DNA of 64,000 nt. It comes from Cyanophora paradoxa CCMP329 (taxonomy: Eukaryota; Plantae; Glaucophyta). The position numbers were made by a program, and so were the translations under genes. How positions within the stretch are numbered: position 1 is the stretch's first letter; the number at the start of each line of letters is the position of its first letter. Shown here in pieces: positions 37,000-50,345 of the stretch. Where the stretch lies: assembly GCA_004431415.1 (NCBI GenBank), contig QPMI01000205.1:113852-177851 (forward strand). Reading direction: 5' to 3'. The notes below the pieces were generated by a model, which saw only the letters and a list, made by a program, of their open reading frames with translations, had not been told where the DNA came from and made no database searches.

Positions 37000-37896
37000 C
37001 TACTGGTTAGTTGTGAAGAGGCCAGCCGCCTCGACAGGATCAATGTCCCCGCTTCGATGGTGGACGCCAGCACCCTACTGATGTCCGAGTCAGCGCTGGG
37101 CACGGTGCGCGGCTCTTCCAACACCGCGCACCTTGTGCCCGTGGTGGCCGTGCGAGTGGCCGGCGTGCGAGTGGCCGGCGTGCGGCTTGCCGTGCTGGTC
37201 AAGGTGCAGCATGTGGGACACCGCCTCGCCGATCTGCGGGGCGGAGTGAGTCGGGTGGCGCGCGTCACCAGTGTCCACCGCTAAATCACCTTTTGCGGTG
37301 CGTGAATGACGGCGTCTCCAAACTTCTGGAGCGTGTGCAGGTCCTCGTTGATGCCCTGCTTGACGAGGGCCGCCGGCAGATCGGCGTCGTGCGCATGCTG
37401 CCGCCCGCGGTTTCAGCGACGCTCCTGGGGGGGGCACCAGTACAGCCAAGCCCACCTGCTTCGCGACCTTGACCACCGGGTCCACGACGGCGTGCCCAAC
37501 GTGCTCAACGAAGTGGGCGTCGTCGTGGATCCCTGCACAACGATAAGCCAAGCAGGGCGGCGGCGTCTCGAGCAGGTGCACACCCTTGTCTACAAGAGAA
37601 AGCGGGGACGGGCCGTGACCAACGGGCGACTTGCCGGTGAGCGCGGGCGACTTGGCGCCAACGACGGAGGGCGCCTTGCCATGGCCCCCCTCGAAAGAGA
37701 TAGGTTTCGAAGGTCCATGCTGATCCAAGTGCAGAGCATGTGCGGCCTGCTGAGCGAGGACGTGCGTGCCTGCCGGGAGCGTCGGACGCGACGTACGCGG
37801 TTACGTACACGAGCGGCCCTCACCGTGGATAAGAGAAGGCTCGGGGATTCCGCCCTTCTTCTCAGCGCTCCCGAACTCAAACTTGATGCCAGACAT
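37000..37896 (-). CDS. Small His/Gly-rich hypothetical protein with repeated LHLDQHG motif
   Basis: Spliced reading MSGIKFEF...IHGTHVLAQQAAHALHLDQHG...GIHDDAHFVEHVGH...SHMLHLDQHGKPHAGHSHAGHSHGHHGHK. Confidence 0.55.
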
Positions 37897-38302
37897 CCTG
37901 ACAGCGGCGTCAGCCCGCCACCCTTGGGCCTCACAAAAAACCGCAATCGTTCCCGGTCTAAGACGGCGCAGGGCCGCACAAAGCACTCGGAAACAGCAGA
38001 TACAGGCACTGGGAAACAGCAGACGCGGCTGATCGGCGGCCGATCGAGAACCGGACGGGTCGATTCGAGGAAAAATCGGTTGATGGCGGCGCTAAGAGAG
38101 TCCCTTGACGAGCGGGCGTGACATACCTTCTGCGTGCGACCAAATCTCACTGCGGACGCGTTTGCTGCGGCTGCTTTCCCAGAGGAGCAAGAGTGCCGGG
38201 GGGGGAGAGGATCGGGGGGGCTACGGCGCGCTGCCTGAACGACGCGAGCTTCGCTCCGGCGGAATGCCTACCAGTGCGGACGCCACGGCCCATCGTCTGA
38301 CG

Positions 38303-40493
38303 ATGGAGGAAAGTGAGGCGAAGCGCAAGGAGAACTCGCACAAGTGGAAGATTGGTTTGCGGCGCGGCGTGGGCCCCGTACGTTTTGAGTCTGCACTGAT
38401 GGCGTACAATTCGTAGCTATCGATGGGAAGTATACGTCCATCGTCGCGAATGTGCAATGTGGACTGAGGACGACGTCTGAGCTCCTGCAGCGCCTCAAAC
38501 AACGGAAGAAGAAGGAAGACATATACGTGCGCGCGCCGGCTGGCGTCAGAGCGCGCACTGGCTGGCGACAGGGCGCGCGTCGGGCGCCGGCCGGCGTCAG
38601 AGCGCGCGTCCGAGCTCGCTGCGCAGGGGCGGAGCGCCTCTGAGGCCTGGAAGGAGCCCGTTGGGACGACGGAGTGGGGCAGCCTGCGGCAGGCCTGGGT
38701 CGCCGCATTCAGCGTCCCGACGAAGATCGGGCAGGAGGCGCTCGCACGGGGCGAGCTTTTGAACGAGCTCATCAAGCGCACAAGCGCGCTGCACAGCGAA
38801 CTTTCGAAGTTCGAGGTGCGCTGCGCCGCGTCCAGCTTCGTCCAGCCTCGTCGACGTCGACCTCCGTCCACCTTGGTCGCAGGAGCGGCTGCACAGCGAG
38901 CAGGCGAAGCTGGGGAAGGCGGTGGACGCGGCGAGCGACGCGATGGCGGCCGCCGCGCTCAACTCGATACGCGCCACCGCCGAGGCCGAGGCCGCCGGCG
39001 CCGCGGGGCGGCCCGTCAAGACGTGCCCCGCCGGCCCCCCCCCCCCGCCCTCGCCCCGCCCGACGGGGCGGCGCGGGCGCAGGGACAGCTGGCTGTTCGA
39101 GTGCAGGTGGGCGGGGCGGGCGGGGCGGGGATGGGTCGGGGCGGGCGGGGGCGACGGGGCGGGGGCGGGGCGGGGCAGGTACCGGACGGCGCTCTCGGGG
39201 CTGGTGGCGGCGCAGGGCAAGCAGAAGGAGGCGCTCGTGGCCGCCAGCCAGGAGGCCGCCCGCCTCGAGCAGGCCCGCGTCGAGACCTCCAAGAAGGCGC
39301 CCCCGCCCCGCCCATCGCGAGGGGCTGTGGGCGAGCGGTGGTGCGGGGCGCAGGTGCTGGCGGAGTGGCTGGCGGGGGAGAAGCGGGCGCTGCTGGAGGG
39401 CCTGAAGGCGGTGGACGCGGCGCTCAACCTCGCCGCCCTCGTCAGCCCCGAGGCCGACGCCGCCAAGTTCTCCCAGTGCGCCCTGCACGCCTCGCCCCCG
39501 CCCCCGCGAGCCGAGCCGCCCCGCAGGCGCATCGTGAACAACGTCATCGGGCCGCCGCCGCCCCCGCCGCCGCCGCCCGCCGCGGGGGCGGGGCGGCTGC
39601 GGGGGCGCAGGGCCAGGCGGGGCGGGGCCGGAGGGGACCCGCTGGGGCCTCGCAGGCGGTGCCGGAGCGGACGGCCCGCAGCGCCCCGCGGAGCCGCCGC
39701 CGGACCTCACCGAGGGCCTCATCGACGTCCACGCCAGCGCCATGGTTGAGAAGCACGGCCCGCCCGCCCGCCCCCGCCCGCCCCGGCCCCGACCCCGCCC
39801 CGAGCGCCCCCGACTCACCCGCCCCGCCCCGCCCCGCCCCGCAGGCGTCCTGAAGCGGCAGGGTGCGCCCTCGCACTCCCGCCGGGGCGGTGGGCGTGGG
39901 GCGAGGGGGCGCCGTGCGTCGCAGCGGCGATCATCAAGATCTGGAAGGAGAGCTACTTCGTGCTGACGCGCAACGGCTTCCTCCACTACTTCGCGGGGAA
40001 GGAGGACGGGGAGCCCGAGGAGAGCGTCCCCCTCCACCACGCCTCCGTCCGCCCCGCCCCGCCCCGCCCTCGCCCCGGCCGCGGCGCGGGGAGCCCGAGC
40101 GAAGGCGGGGCGGTGCGGGGCGGGGCGGGCAGGTGCTGATGAGCGACGCCAGCATCTCCGAGTTCAGGTGCGCCGCGCCTGCAGGAGGGGCGGAGGGAGG
40201 GCTCGGGGGCCGACGGCGGGGCAGCTTCGAGCTGCGGGCGGCGGAGAAGGGCGAGGGCTTCTTCTCCCGCGACCGCTCCTGGCACCTCCACCTCCGTGCC
40301 CCCTCCGTCCGCTCCCCCCCCCCCCTCCCCCCCCCCCCCCCCCCCCGCCATCGCGAGGGGCGAGGGTGGGCGAGGCCGAGGGGCTGAGGGGCGGCGGGGC
40401 GCGGGGGGGCAGGAGGAGGCGATGGTGGAGTGGGTGATTGCGCTGAGGAAGATGATCGCCGGCCACGGCGGCGAGGCCCCCGCCCCCTCCTGA
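38303..40493 (+). CDS. F-BAR-like helical domain plus PH domain protein (Slm1/Slm2-like architecture)
   Basis: GLRTTSELLQRLKQRKKKEDIY (FCH-like); PH motifs GVLKRQ, KIWKESYFVLTRNGFLHYF, EPEESVPL, EWVIAL. Confidence 0.7.
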
Positions 40494-41343
40494 CGCCCCG
40501 CCCCCGCTCTCCACGCCACTCTTCAAGTGTGACCAGCCGCATGTCGAGATCGTGCACTTTCCGCCAAGCCGCACGCGGGGCCCAGGATGCTCTGTGATAT
40601 CGATGTGGGGGACCGGGGAACTTAAGAATCTGCGAGGGTCACCGGGCGTTTCAATCATCCGATCACTAAGAAACTTGAACAGCTGCAGGGCATCACTCTT
40701 TGTCACAGTGTCTGACACAGTCACTGCTTGCAACTCGCGATCGCCACGTGCACCGTGGCACTCAGCCTGGCAGTGACGTCGACCGGCGGACCGTCGGACT
40801 GCACTGCGCATACGGCAGACTCTCGAGCTCAGGGCACCGGGCACTGCGGCAGTCTCAGGGCCTGGCAGCTTCGAATTCAAACTTGAAAAGTCACACACTG
40901 AGAGACAGACTACCTGCAAATTCGACGATGCTCTCAACTTGGCGATTATTCTGTATCGTTCAACTTGGCAAAGGTTGGCAGCACAACGCAGAGTCTGACT
41001 CAGTGATCGCGAGTCCAGTCCAGCGGCAAATGTACGGGCCCTAGCTAAAATACACTAAGCCTTCGAACCCTCAAGCCTTGAAGAATTATTGAACTGCCCA
41101 CGGGCGAGCTCGTGGACGGGACTAAATGTACAGCTAACCTAAATCCCAATCGAATCTAGGACGAACAAAATTTTAAATCGATTTATTGAAAGAGGAGAGT
41201 TGAAGTGAAGTCCAGGCGGGGGCCGGGGGCGGGAAAAGCGAGTGCGGGCGCAGACGGGATCCCGTGGCTGCCGGCGCCGGCGGCCGGCGACCCCGGCCAG
41301 CCCCGCGGCAGCGCGCTGCGCCCGGCCCCTCCCTGCGCTTGAC

Positions 41344-44300
41344 TCAGCCGGCGCTTCGGGGAGGTGCGCTGGAGGGGTACCGGCGAAGGAGGCGCCGGCC
41401 GCGGGGCGCCTCAGGTGGGGCCGAGGGCGGAGCAGAAGGGCGGGCCGGCGGCGAAGGGGGCGCGGGGGGAGGGCCCGCCTGGGCGAAGGCCCCGGGCGGG
41501 TGGGCGGCGAGGACGTCCCAGGGCGGCGGCGGCGCGGGCGGCAGCACGGCGCTCCAGCCCGCGCCAGCCCTCCAGAGACGTCCGCCGGCGCCGGCCCTGC
41601 CAGGCCCGCCCCTGCTCCCGGGCCCGGGCCGGGGCCGGGGTCGGGCCGGGGCGGAGGGCGGCAGGGGCGGGGGGCGGGGCGGGGTCGGGGCGGGGTCCGG
41701 AGGGGGCGGGCGGGGCGCCGGGCTCCGGGGGCAGGAGGCCGTGCTCGCGGAGGGCCTCCAGGGGGATCGGCAGGGGCACGAGGCCCCGCCCCCCCGGCCC
41801 CGCCGCCCACCCCGCCTCCGCCTCCTTAGTCGCCGGAGCAAACGCCGCCGGGGGCTGAGAGCGCGGGGCGGCGTCGCGGAGGGGGATGGGGGCCGGGGCC
41901 CAGTGGGCGGGGGCGGGGAGGCGCGGGGCCGGGGGCTCGGGGCCGGGGCGGGGCGGCGGCGAGGGCCGCGTTCACGCTCGCCTGCGACAGCGCCGCGCGC
42001 TGCGTCAGCGGCGCGGCGGGACTGGGGGCTGCGGCACGCCGGCACCTTCTGCCGCAGCGGCGCGTGCCGCTCGCCGCCGCCGGGGCCCGGGCCGTGGCCG
42101 TGCCGCCGGGCCGCCCCGGGCCGCTCGCGCCGCGCGAGGGGCGCCACGAGCGCCCCCGAGTGCACCTGCCGCCCGTAAGCGCCCCGGCGGGGTCGGGGCC
42201 GGGGCCGGGGGGCGGGGCGCACGCGGGAGGAGGGGAGGGGCGGCATGAGGGGCGGGAGGGTGCGGAGGGGGACGGCGGGCCCGAGGGGCAGCACGCAGGC
42301 CGCCGCCCCGTACTCCTCCTCCTCCTCCTCCTCCTCCATCCGCTCCTCCTCCACCAGCGCCGCCGCCGCCTCGGAGGCCGGCGGCTCGCGCGCGGGGCGG
42401 GCGGCCGTTCCGGGGACCGTGGGGGAGGCCTCGCGGGGCGGCCCCCGGGGGCGGGGGGCTGGGGCCCCGGGGAGGCGGCGCCGTTGGTGTTGAGGAGGCG
42501 GAGCCACCAGTCGCCGGCGGGGGCGGCCTCCTCGTGCTGCGCCAGCAGCGCGTGCGCGTGCGCGTGGGCCTCCGCGGCGCGCGCTGCGCCGCGCTGCAGG
42601 GAGGCGCTCGCCGCCGCCACAAGCGCGTCCCCCGCCGGCGCCTGGAAGAAGGCCGCCAGGGGCCCTCCCCGCCCCGCCCCCAGCCAGCAGGGGGCCCGGC
42701 GAGGGGCAGAAGGGCGGCGTCGCGATCGGCGTCGGCAGCGGCGGCGTGGCGAGCAGGCGCGCGGCCGCCGCCTCGGGCCGCCCCGCCGGCGTCTCACGCT
42801 CCGCGTCCGGGCGGGCCCCCGGGAGGGGCGACGGGGCCGCCGAGTTGGGCAGCGACCTGCCGCGCGGGCGGGGCGTCGGGCGGCAGGCGGCAGGGCGGGG
42901 GCGGGCGGGCGGGCGCACGCGGCGAAGCCGAGAAGGTCGCAGGCGGCCTCTGCGTCCGAACCTCTGCGCCCCCGCCCGTCGGCAGAGGCGGCGGCGGCGG
43001 CGGTCCGGGCGCGGGGGCGCACGGGCCGCAGTCGAGGGGTCCCAGGCCAGCGAGGAAGCTGCTCCCCACCGAGGCCCGCCCCGCCTGCGCCCCGCCCCGC
43101 CCCGGCGAGGGCCCCGCCGAGAAGGGAGACGCGAGCGCGCACGCCCCCTCGCCAGCTGTCGCCGGGGGCGGGTCGCCTGCGCCGCCCGGGGTCCCCTCTC
43201 CCTGCGCCCTGCCGCGAGGGTGAGGCGGGGCGGGGCGAGGGCCCCGGCTCGGGCGCACCGCGGGCGCTTCTCGGCGCGCTCGGCGCTGACGCTGCGCGCG
43301 GGGGCGCTGGCGGTGCGCCGCAGGCCCCCGGGGCCCCGGGGCGGCCTCGGGGTCGGGGCGGCCCTCGAGAGGCGACGGCCGCGGGCGCGAGGCCGGGGCG
43401 GGGGCAGGAAGCTCGGCTCCGAGCCGTGAGGCCCGAGGGCTTGCGCTTGGCGCCCTCGGCGGCCCGTCCGGGGGAGCGGCTGGGGCGGGGCAGGGCCTGG
43501 GGCGGCAGGGAGAAGTGCGGGACGGCTGCCGGCGGGGCGGTCCCGGGGCGGCGCGGGGAGGAGGCCTCGCGGGGGCGGGCGGGGCTCGGGCGGGGCGGGG
43601 CCGGGGCGCGGCGGGCCGGGGAGGGGGCGAGGGGCAGGACGAGGAGGCCCTCGTCGTTGGAGGCCTCCGGCAGCTGCGGGCCCGCCCCCGCCCCCGCCCC
43701 CCCACCCCCGGCGACCCCGGCCCCGCCCTCCGCGCCGGCGACCCCGCCGGCGAGCTCCGCGCCACGCTCCCGGCCGGCGAGGGCGGGGGCCGCGCGCCGC
43801 CCACGGCCGGCGAGCTGCCGGGGGCGGCGGCGAGGGGGCCCTCCCTCCCGCGCCGCTCCGGCGAGGCGGCCGGCACCGCCTCCCGCCGCGCCCCCGCCGC
43901 CCCTCCCCCTCCTCCTCGCTCCCGCCCCGCTCCTCGCCGGCCCCGCGCGCGTCGTCCCCGGCCCCGGCGGCCGCGTTCGGGGCCCGCCGGCGCTCCGCCC
44001 GGCTCAGCGTGATGTCAATAGAGGCGTCTGCGGGCCGGCGGCGCGTGGGCCCGAGGAGGCGCGCGGGCGGCGCGCGCGATGCGAGCCGCCTGCGCGCGAT
44101 GCGGACCGATCATGAGCTGCTCGATCTCGCTGCGGCGGGACTTGAAGGAGGGCCTCGGCGGCGGCGGCATCATTGTCTCTTGCTCCCCCTCGCGCCTCTC
44201 CTCCCCGACCCCCTCCTCCATGTCCTCCTCCCCGGGATCGATGTCGCCGCCCCCCTCGGGGAAGAGCACGCGCGCCGCGTACGCCTTCGGCCGCCGCTGC

Positions 44301-44430
44301 GACTTCGGCGGGCGCGTCACCAGCCTGCGCGCCCCGGCGCGTCAGCCACGAGGTGCAGTGATGGACGCGAGAGAGCGCACGGGTGCGCGCAGGTGCAGCG
44401 GACGTGGAGTCTGCGCGGCGATGAAACCAT
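41344..44430 (-). CDS. Low-complexity Pro/Ala-rich hypothetical protein
   Basis: Exon-like segments (AYAARVLFPEGG..., GDWWLRLLNT, QKVPACRSP) separated by typical introns; boundaries uncertain. Confidence 0.35.
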
Positions 44431-44653
44431 CAGAGGGAGAGAGATCAAATCAATTACATCTGCGCTGGCGCTGGGAACCGAACGAGAGAGGTTCTAGGTT
44501 CTCGGCAGGTGCTAAGCTAGCGCTCCTGGTGCGCGTATCGGAAAGGGCCGCGGACTTTCGATGCTTCTCACAGGATGAAGGCGGACGGCCGCGGGGAGCG
44601 TCAGAGCTCGCGGATCTGCGAGATAAAGCGATATATACGATCGCGAGGAGGCA

Positions 44654-44695
44654 ATACGCTGCGCGAAGGCGCTCATACGCTGCGCGAAGGCGCTC
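44654..44695. repeat. Perfect 21-nt tandem duplication ATACGCTGCGCGAAGGCGCTC
   Basis: Two adjacent identical copies. Confidence 0.9.
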
Positions 44696-46002
44696 ACCTC
44701 GCGCGGCGCTTCTTGCCGCGCTTCGCGGGGAAGGGTGGGGAGGTCTGGAGCAGCGGAGAGCCCGAAGGGGCCGAGGCGGAGGAGGTGTAATCTTCGTAGG
44801 GCGGACTGACGGGGCTGCTGGGGCTTGCTGGAGACCCTGGGGCGACGATCTCAACTTCCAGCAGCTTCGAAGTCAGATCGATCATTTGGCGCTAAAGCAC
44901 GCGTTCACGCGTCAAAGACTCGAGCATGCCGTCGCTCGATTCACAAAGAGTGACGCGAAAGCCGCGTACGAAAGCAGCGCCTGCGTTCTGCGGCCGCGCG
45001 TCAACAGAGGGCATCGCGTCTCCCTCGCGCGCCGGCGACGGGCTCCTCTCCCTCTAACCTTGTGTTTCTGCACTCGATCGCGCGCGCCGAACATGCGCGG
45101 CGAAACTCGCTTCGATCAAAAGTCTGTTTTTTCTCCCCGGGGCGGGTACACAGTAGATCGGGGGCCTCGATCAGTGTGCTGCGCGCGGCGATCTGTCGCG
45201 CGTCAACGCAAGCGTCTACGTGTTCGATCCTCCTGGCGCGCCCAGCCGCGACGCGTCGGGGCGGTTAGCGAATTACCGCGCCGTTCGCGCCAAGCGAGCA
45301 GCTTGGCGGGAGTCCCGAGGCACCCCGCGATTGACCATCCATCTGCAAGCAAGTATGCAAGCATGAGTCGACGCCAGCGCGGCGCTTCTTCGGGCCAGCA
45401 GCCGGCAATCGACGGCTACCTCATCAACAGCGCTCCCGCCACCAGGTCCGACGCGAACGCCCCCTCTCAACCGTCACCGTATGCTCAAGCGTGTAACTGC
45501 TGTACTGCAGGAGCCGACAGGGCGCGAGGACGGCGGGCGATCCGAATCCAGCTGCCGGGGCTGCCGCCCCGCACGCGGCGGGTGCTGCAGGCGCAAGGAT
45601 CGCCACGCAACCCTCACAGTTGAACATCAACAGAACGACGAACGCTGTTGCGGCGCCCAGCATGGTGCGCCCGCGAGATGCCGATGGCATTCCCGCCAAA
45701 GCATACCCTGACTGAAATCGCGATCGCTTGGCGGCTCCGCTGTTTCTGCGCAGAGTTCAAGTCGTACAGCATCGAGCGGAACGTCATCGGGCGCCCGCCC
45801 CGTCGAGTGCATCATCATAGACGACGAACCTGTGCGCCCTTTCGTTTTCTGAGATGGCAGGACAAGGGCAGCATCGGCCCTGCCGCTGCAGCGTTGCTTC
45901 AAGACCCAAACGACGCCTTCTGACTCTCTGCGGCGCTTGCAGGACTCGCCTGTCGAAGTTGGGGGGAACGCGGCGGGAAGCGCACAGTGCCCCAACCCTA
46001 CC

Positions 46003-49000
46003 ATGGCGGCGCCGGCGCATGACGAGAGCTTCGACTCGTACCTCGACAACGACAAGAATGGCCGTGATTGTGCGTGCCGCGTTGACCGCACCGACGCCCG
46101 CCGCGGGCCGCCGGCACAATTTGATCCCGCCAAGCCTTCCCTCCGCCGCTGACCCGGCGCCGCTCGTCCGCAGTCGAGGACGACGAGGTGCTGCGCATCA
46201 GCGGGCTGGAGTGCGCCGACTCCCAGAACGAGAACATGCCCTACGCGGATCCTCCGACGGCCTGCTCCCCCGGCGACCAGCAGGCGGCGCCGCTCGACCC
46301 CTACCACGCCTCCCCGCCGGACAGCGACGACACAAGCGACGACATCCTCGCAGAGCCCGTGTTCCGCGCGCGGCCGACCAACCGCGGCGCCGGCCCATCG
46401 GCCGCCGCCTCGGTTCCTTTTCCAGCGGGCAGGCCGCCGTCGGGCGCCCCGGCAGCAGCGTCCCCGTCTTCCTCTACGCTCTCAGCGCCTTTGCAGCCTT
46501 CGGCGGCATCCGCGCCGACCGTGCCGGCGGCGGGCGGGCGGGGGCGGGCGGAGGAGGTGGCGGTGGCGGTGGCGGGGCCGGAGGGGGATGCGTCGGGCCC
46601 CGAGGGGGTCGTGCGGCCCCTCTCCGCCCTGGAGCTCTCCTCCCGTCACGAGGCCGGCGCGCCGCGCCCGCCCCGCACGCCCCGCTCCCCCTTCTCGCAC
46701 CCCTCCCCCGGGGGCGCGCACGGGCGGCCGTCGCCCTTCTGCAACCCGCCCTCGCCCGCCCTGGCGCGGGAGTCGCCCACGGGCCTCAGCTTCGGCGGCG
46801 CTTTCCGCCCCGTCCCCTCCAGCGGCACCTCGCCCCGCGTCAGCCCCGCCCCGGGCCGCAGCCCGTCGGCCCTCCCGCACGGCGCCGCAGCCTCCGCCCC
46901 GGAGCCGCCCTGCGCGCCCCGCCCGGCCTCGGCCTCGGCGGGGAGCGCGCCGGCGCGGCGCGGCGCTCGCCTTCGCTCACCGTCATCGTGCCGGGGCCCC
47001 CGCCGCCGCCGCTCCCGCGCTGCAACTCCGCCGCCCGCCCCGCGACCGGCCGCTCCTCCCCGATCGCCACGCCGCCGCCGCGGGCGGCGGTGCCGGCCGG
47101 CGGGGGCGGGGCGGGGGCGACGCTGCCGGATATAGATATCCCGGCAAGCCCGGCACCGGGGAGCCGGCGGAACTCGGTCAGCGGCCCGGCGACGCCGCGC
47201 GCGGGGGCGAGCGGCATCCTGAGCCCCGACCTGCGGGAGATCCGGCGGCGCGCGTACACGCCGGGGCAGCTGGGGAAGCGGAAGCGGCAGGCGGGGAGCC
47301 CCGGCCCCGAGGGGGCGTGCCGGACGCCGACGCCGCTGGGGTCGCCGGGGTGCGGGCCCTCGCCCTCGCCGATGGCCCCGCCCTCGCCGGCGGCGATGCC
47401 GCGGAACCAGCAGGCCCTGCGCGACGCCACCTTCGCCATCCTACGCTCCATCTCCGCCCCCGCCGCCTACGACAACGGCCTCCCATTCTCCCCCGCCCTC
47501 GCCTCGCTCCCCCCCGCCAACGCCCCCCCGCCCCCGATCTTCGCGTCAGCCCGCGGGTCCGGCCCCCTCGGCGGCTTAGGCGCACTAGCGATGCCCGTGC
47601 CGGGGGCGCTGCCGATGCCGGCGCCGGGGTCGCCGCCCGGTAGCCGCCCGAGCTCGACGGCGCCGGTGGCGCTGGAGGAGGCGGTGGCGCGGCGCGGGGG
47701 CGACCCGTTCGAGGAGCGCGCGCACTCCAAGGAGAACAACTTCCGCGCCCCGGGGGCCCCCGTGCCGCCCTCCCCCTCGGCCCTCGCCGCCCGCCTCTTC
47801 GCCGCCTCCTCGGCCCTCCGCGCCTCCCCGCGATCCTCCCCGCGCTCCTCGCCCCGCTCCTCGCCCCGCCCCGCCCCGCCCCCGTTCCACTCCGCCTCCT
47901 CCGCACCGCCCTCCTCCTCCTCCTCCTCCGCCGCGCAGCAGCAGCAGCAGCAGCCGCCGCCGTCGCCGGCGCGGGACATCCTGCGCGTGCTCTCGCCGGC
48001 GGCGCTGGGCTCGCCGAGCCGGCGCTCGGGCTCTCCCGCCCTCCCGCTGCGCTTCATTGCGGAGCGCGGCTCCCTCGTCTCCCCCACGCCGGCCTCCTCC
48101 CCGGGCCCCTCCCCCTTCCTCCCCTCGCCCCACTCGGCGCCGGGCTCCTCCTCGCCCTCCCCCCGCAAGCGCAAGTCCTCCCTCCTCGAGGGCGCCCCGA
48201 GCCCGACCTTCGCCGGCGCCCGCCACGCCTCCGCCCCCGCCGCCAGCTCCAGCTTCACCCTCGCCCGCGTCAACTCCGCCCCCGCCCTCGCCAGCTTCGC
48301 CAGCGCCCTACTGCGCGGCGACCCCGCCGCCCGCCCGCCCCTCGCCCCCCGCTCACTCCCGAGCCCGGGCGCCGGCCCCCTCAACGCCCCGCACGGGCCG
48401 CCCTCCCCCCTGGCGACCAACCTGCCCGCGCGCGTCTCCTCCTTCCGGCCCCCGACGGCAACGATGGCGGTCCCCGGGGGGCGGGGCGGGAGGCGGGGCG
48501 CGGGCGGGCCGCTTGTCGCCGGCCCCGGAGATCCTGGAACCGCTGGAGGACGAGGAGCAGGCGGAGGCCCACTCGCCCGACCTCGGCGCCTTCCACGCCC
48601 CGCTCCGCCCGCCCCCGCCCCGCCCCCGCCCCCGCCGCCCCAGCCCGGGCCCCCGCCCCCGCTCTCGCCCGGGCGCCGCTGCCGCGGGGGGACGACGAGC
48701 CCTGCTTCTCCCTCTCCCTCTCCGGGGACGGGGAGGGCAGCCAGGGCAGCCAGGGCAGCCAGGGCAGCCAGAGCAGCGGCCCCCCCTCCGCTCCCGCGCC
48801 GCCGGGCCCCGCCCGCCGCCTGCCTCCGCCGCCGCCCGTGTGGCCGCGCCGGCGGCGGCGGAGGACTCGGAGGAGGAGGACGCCTCGCCGCTGCGCCGCC
48901 GCCGCCTCCGCCGCACCTCGGAGGCCGCCCGCGCCGCCGCCCGCACCACACCACCGGCCCCCGCCCCGGCGACCCCCGTGGCGCCCATGGAGCCGGCGGC

Positions 49001-50345
49001 CGGCCCCGCGCCGGGCTTTGTGGCCTGCCCGCACTGGTGCGGGCCCCGCGCGGGCGCGGCGGGCCGGCTGACGCTGCGGGCAGCACGGAGCACGTGCCTG
49101 CGGAGGAGCTGGACGCGCACGTCGCCGCCGAGCTCGCAGCCGCCGAGCAGTACGCGCGGTGCGCGCCCCGCCCGCCCCGGCACGCCCCGGCGCCCCGCGG
49201 GCCTGACGCGGCGGCCCAGGGGCCCGCTGGGCGGGCGCGCGGGCGGGCAGGCGCAGCAGCCGGAGGTGGTGGAGCTGGAGAGCACGGACGAGGAGGGGGC
49301 AAAAGAGACGCCGCGGGCGCCCGCCGCGGAGACCACAACGCCGGCGCGCCGCCGACGCCGGCGCGGCTCCCCGGCGGCCTCCGCCGAGCCCGACGAGGAA
49401 GACGACGAGCTGCTTGCCAGTGCGCCTGCCGCGCCCCGCCCCGCCGCCCCGGCTCACCCTTGACGCGGCAGCGGGCAGGAAGCCCCTGGGGCGCGGCAAG
49501 GGCGCCGCCAAGCGCGCCGGAGTCGGTCAGCTCGTCGGGCGACGGTGAGGAGAGCGGGAGCGGGAGCGAGGAGAGCGAGGGGGGCGAGGGGGGCGAGGGG
49601 GGCGAGGGGGGCGGGGAGGACGAGTACATGGCCAACTTCCGGCGCATCGACGACCCGTCGCTGCCGCCCGACGTGCGCGAGCGCTACCAGAACCAGTTCA
49701 ACAGCGCCGCGCCCCGCACCCGCCGCGCCCCCTCCGCCGCCCGCCGCGCCCGCAGCCGCTCCCGCGGCTCCTCCGCCCGCTCCTCCTCCCGCCGCCCCGC
49801 CCCCGGCGGCAAGCGCCGCGCCAAGCGCCGCCGCCGCGCCCCCAAGGGCGACGAGGCCGGCACCGCGCGTCGGGCGCCCCGGCGCGCCCCGCGCGGCACC
49901 CGCCGCCCCCGCAGCCGCGCCCCCGCAGCCGCCGCCCCCGCCGCGCCCCCGCCGCCCCCGCTCCGGCTTCCGGCGGTCTCTGGCCGCCGCCCCCCGCCTC
50001 CTCGTCCTCCCGCCCGCCCCCGGTCCCTGCGCCTGCCGGCCCGGCATGGGCGGCGCGGGCCCCTCCCCGCCGCCGCCGGCCCCGGGGGCGCGGGGCGCGG
50101 ACGACGGGTTCGGCCCTATCCGGCGCCGCGGGGCGCCCCCTCCCCGCGGGGCTCCCCGGCCGGCCCCGCAGCCGGCGCCGGCGAGGAGGAGGGCCGGGCC
50201 GGCCCCCGCCGGGCGGTCGGCGGGGGAGGAGGAGGAGGGGGACTGGACGGGGGACTGGGGCGGGGAGGAGGTTCTGGACTTCGAGATGGGGAACCCCTGG
50301 GAGGGCGTCGGCACCACCTCCTGGGGCGGCGCCGCCTTCCGCTGA
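46003..50345 (+). CDS. Large disordered Ser/Pro-rich hypothetical protein with basic NLS-like clusters and Trp-Gly C-terminus
   Basis: MAAPAHDESFDSY, intron, long coding stretches with many SP/TP sites, GKRKR, PRKRK, YMANFRRIDDP, ending DWGG...NPWEGVGTTSWGGAAFR. Confidence 0.55.
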
